A stretch of DNA of 63,213 nt, filler included, from Basidiobolus meristosporus CBS 931.73 (lineage: Eukaryota > Fungi > Basidiobolomycota), in assembly GCA_002104905.1 (NCBI GenBank). It is 3 parts of 3 records of this genome, joined end to end, with 100 filler letters (N's around TTAATTAATTAA, not from the genome) between each part and the next. Parts side by side here need not be neighbours in the genome. Positions count along the whole stretch, not along the records: positions 37,622 to 63,213 come from MCFE01000929.1; 2 more parts are not named here. The stretch is one strand, 5' to 3'. Made by a program: the position numbers and the translations under genes. Shown here piece by piece: positions 62,601 to 63,213 of the stretch. The number at the start of each line of letters is the position of its first letter. The stretch's first letter is position 1. The notes beneath the pieces are model-generated. The model did no database searches and was not told the origin of the DNA. It was given only the letters and a program-made list of their open reading frames with translations.

Positions 62601-63213
62601 TATATAAGCCTGTAGGTCTTCTTCATAGTCATTGATCTTCATTCTTACTGGCTGGGTAATACGGTTGATTATGTGGGAGTTCCCATCTGCTGTGGAGACT
62701 GAAGTTGATTTGGTAGGTTCCGAGTTGATTCCAGCTTTCAAAGCAAATTGCTCTGACATGTACTCATGCGATGCTCCTGAGTCAATCATGATCTTGGCAG
62801 GTACTCCATTGATTGCTCCATTCAGGTACAATAACTTCCCTGAGTTTGAAGTCATTTGGGACAAGTACTCTTCTGTCATATGGAAGGTGAGTTCCGAGTC
62901 TTCTTCAAGCTCATCTTCCTCATTATTGTGTTCATGGGATTCAATATGGTTGAAGGTTCTTGTTGGCTGGTGTCCATTTCTTCTCTGAGGGCAGTATTTT
63001 GCAATATGTCCCTGCTGGTGGCAATTAAAGCAAAGTCCTCTCTTCTTGCATTCTTCTGAGGAGGGATTCTTCTGCATAGCGTCTATTTCCATTGGTACTG
63101 CTTCTGATTGTCTTCTTTCATAATGATTATAGCCTTTCTGACTAGTCACTGTAGGCTTCCCAACTCCAAACATAGCTGAGTCATAGTCAATGGCAATCTT
63201 GATGGCTTCTTCA
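59667..63213 (-). CDS. Ty3/gypsy gag-pol polyprotein, single uninterrupted frame, open at window edge
   Basis: [14 protein letters not shown] knuckle, MIDSGAS protease, [19 protein letters not shown] RNase H, HHCC plus DFIGRLP...E integrase; no chromodomain. Confidence 0.97.
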   Translation of the reverse strand, partial: EEAIKIAIDYDSAMFGVGKPTVTSQKGYNHYERRQSEAVPMEIDAMQKNPSSEECKKRGLCFNCHQQGHIAKYCPQRRNGHQPTRTFNHIESHEHNNEEDELEEDSELTFHMTEEYLSQMTSNSGKLLYLNGAINGVPAKIMIDSGASHEYMSEQFALKAGINSEPTKSTSVSTADGNSHIINRITQPVRMKINDYEEDLQAYIFGNCKFDLVLGKTWLFCRNPSINWRTHATQIQKDNKTYELLPARLDFNLVNSSVCETSELSKTQFCRALRKGTQMFLMAVLQEDSSIPAPQQVQTLLKKYSDVFPDELVSLPPVRDVDHAIDTGDSPPVSKTPYRMSPLELEEMKKQIDQLLEQGYIRPSKSPWGAPVLFVKKKDGTLRMCIDYRALNSVTVKNKYPIPRIDELLDQLNGATIFSKIDLMSGYNQIRVKPEDIPKTAFRTRYGHYEYLVMSFGLTNAPATFMTLMQTVFQEYLDKFVIIYLDDILIYSKTEKDHMVHIEKVLKKLRENKLYGKLAKCEFFKEHVEYLGHIVTSTGVTLDPKKVEVIKNLKQPHSISELRSFLGMVSYYRRFVKSFASIAAPLTDILKKENTYKWDIACETAFQTLKNELAKLPSLRIPDFRKEFTLCTDASDYAIGGVLSQEHEGKDYPVAFESKKLNSAEQNYPVHEKEMLAIIHCLKTWRCYIEGVKCTVKTDHASLKYIFTQKVLSRRMTRWSEYIQQFDLEIVYCPGKNNTVADALSRLDQVAQLNLVHESDWPSLLPKYLEDQAIPNEVDEDIKKIIRDEASKFVVQDETLYRIVDGSPIAYCPYVARLDLIHKLHNGYGHLGIEGTYSLVKARAWWPRMKQDIEKLVKTCPNCQINQGQPQRIAELFPLEPVRPFERWGIDFIGRLPTTRKCNRWILVAIDHATKWPVAKAVPIASEQEVASFIYHEILMKFGCPVEILSDRGANFMAKTLEAYLEMQQIRHLKTSAYHPRTNGVTERFNGLFGKMLTKYANGVVSRWDEYIDQALFACRVRVHNTTQQSPFYLVYGCEPRIPGDLTQPKLTDALEDELSQPSRHQQLEQRRQEAQTKVSQSAEKMKQRFDKTIAPEALTVGNFVLLRNNTRKKFEPQWTGPFKIIRECPFATYQLVDKQGNIREDLVHRDRLKLARLADNTEPSRYWYHKKRDSGELSQL

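Overview
Eukaryotic, fungal-looking DNA (probably an early-diverging lineage; inference only). It consists of three contigs joined by two artificial 100-nt N spacers containing TTAATTAATTAA (12881-12980, 37522-37621), so adjacency across the spacers is not established. Contig 1 (1-12880) has a secreted Cys-rich ORF and decayed copia and Ty3 elements with nested solo LTRs. It then has ten intronless tRNA genes in about 4.6 kb surrounding a secreted four-repeat chitin-binding-like (CBM19-type) protein with dibasic processing sites, and it ends in a (TTAGGG)33 telomere fused directly into the acceptor stem of tRNA-Lys(CTT). Contig 2 (12981-37521) has decayed P450 and MFS genes, about 15 kb of tandem and chimeric copia and chromovirus remnants, and then a CpG-rich gene island (GT2 polysaccharide synthase, a coiled-coil protein, and the 5' part of BUB1/MAD3). 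Contig 3 (37622-63213) is nearly all transposon: Ty3 gag-protease, two CACTA-like transposase relics, a nested DDE_Tnp_4 relic, five ~730-bp foldback elements, three solo LTRs and an apparently intact Ty3/gypsy gag-pol with its 3' LTR. Old TE copies have lost most CpGs, while genes and tRNAs retain them.
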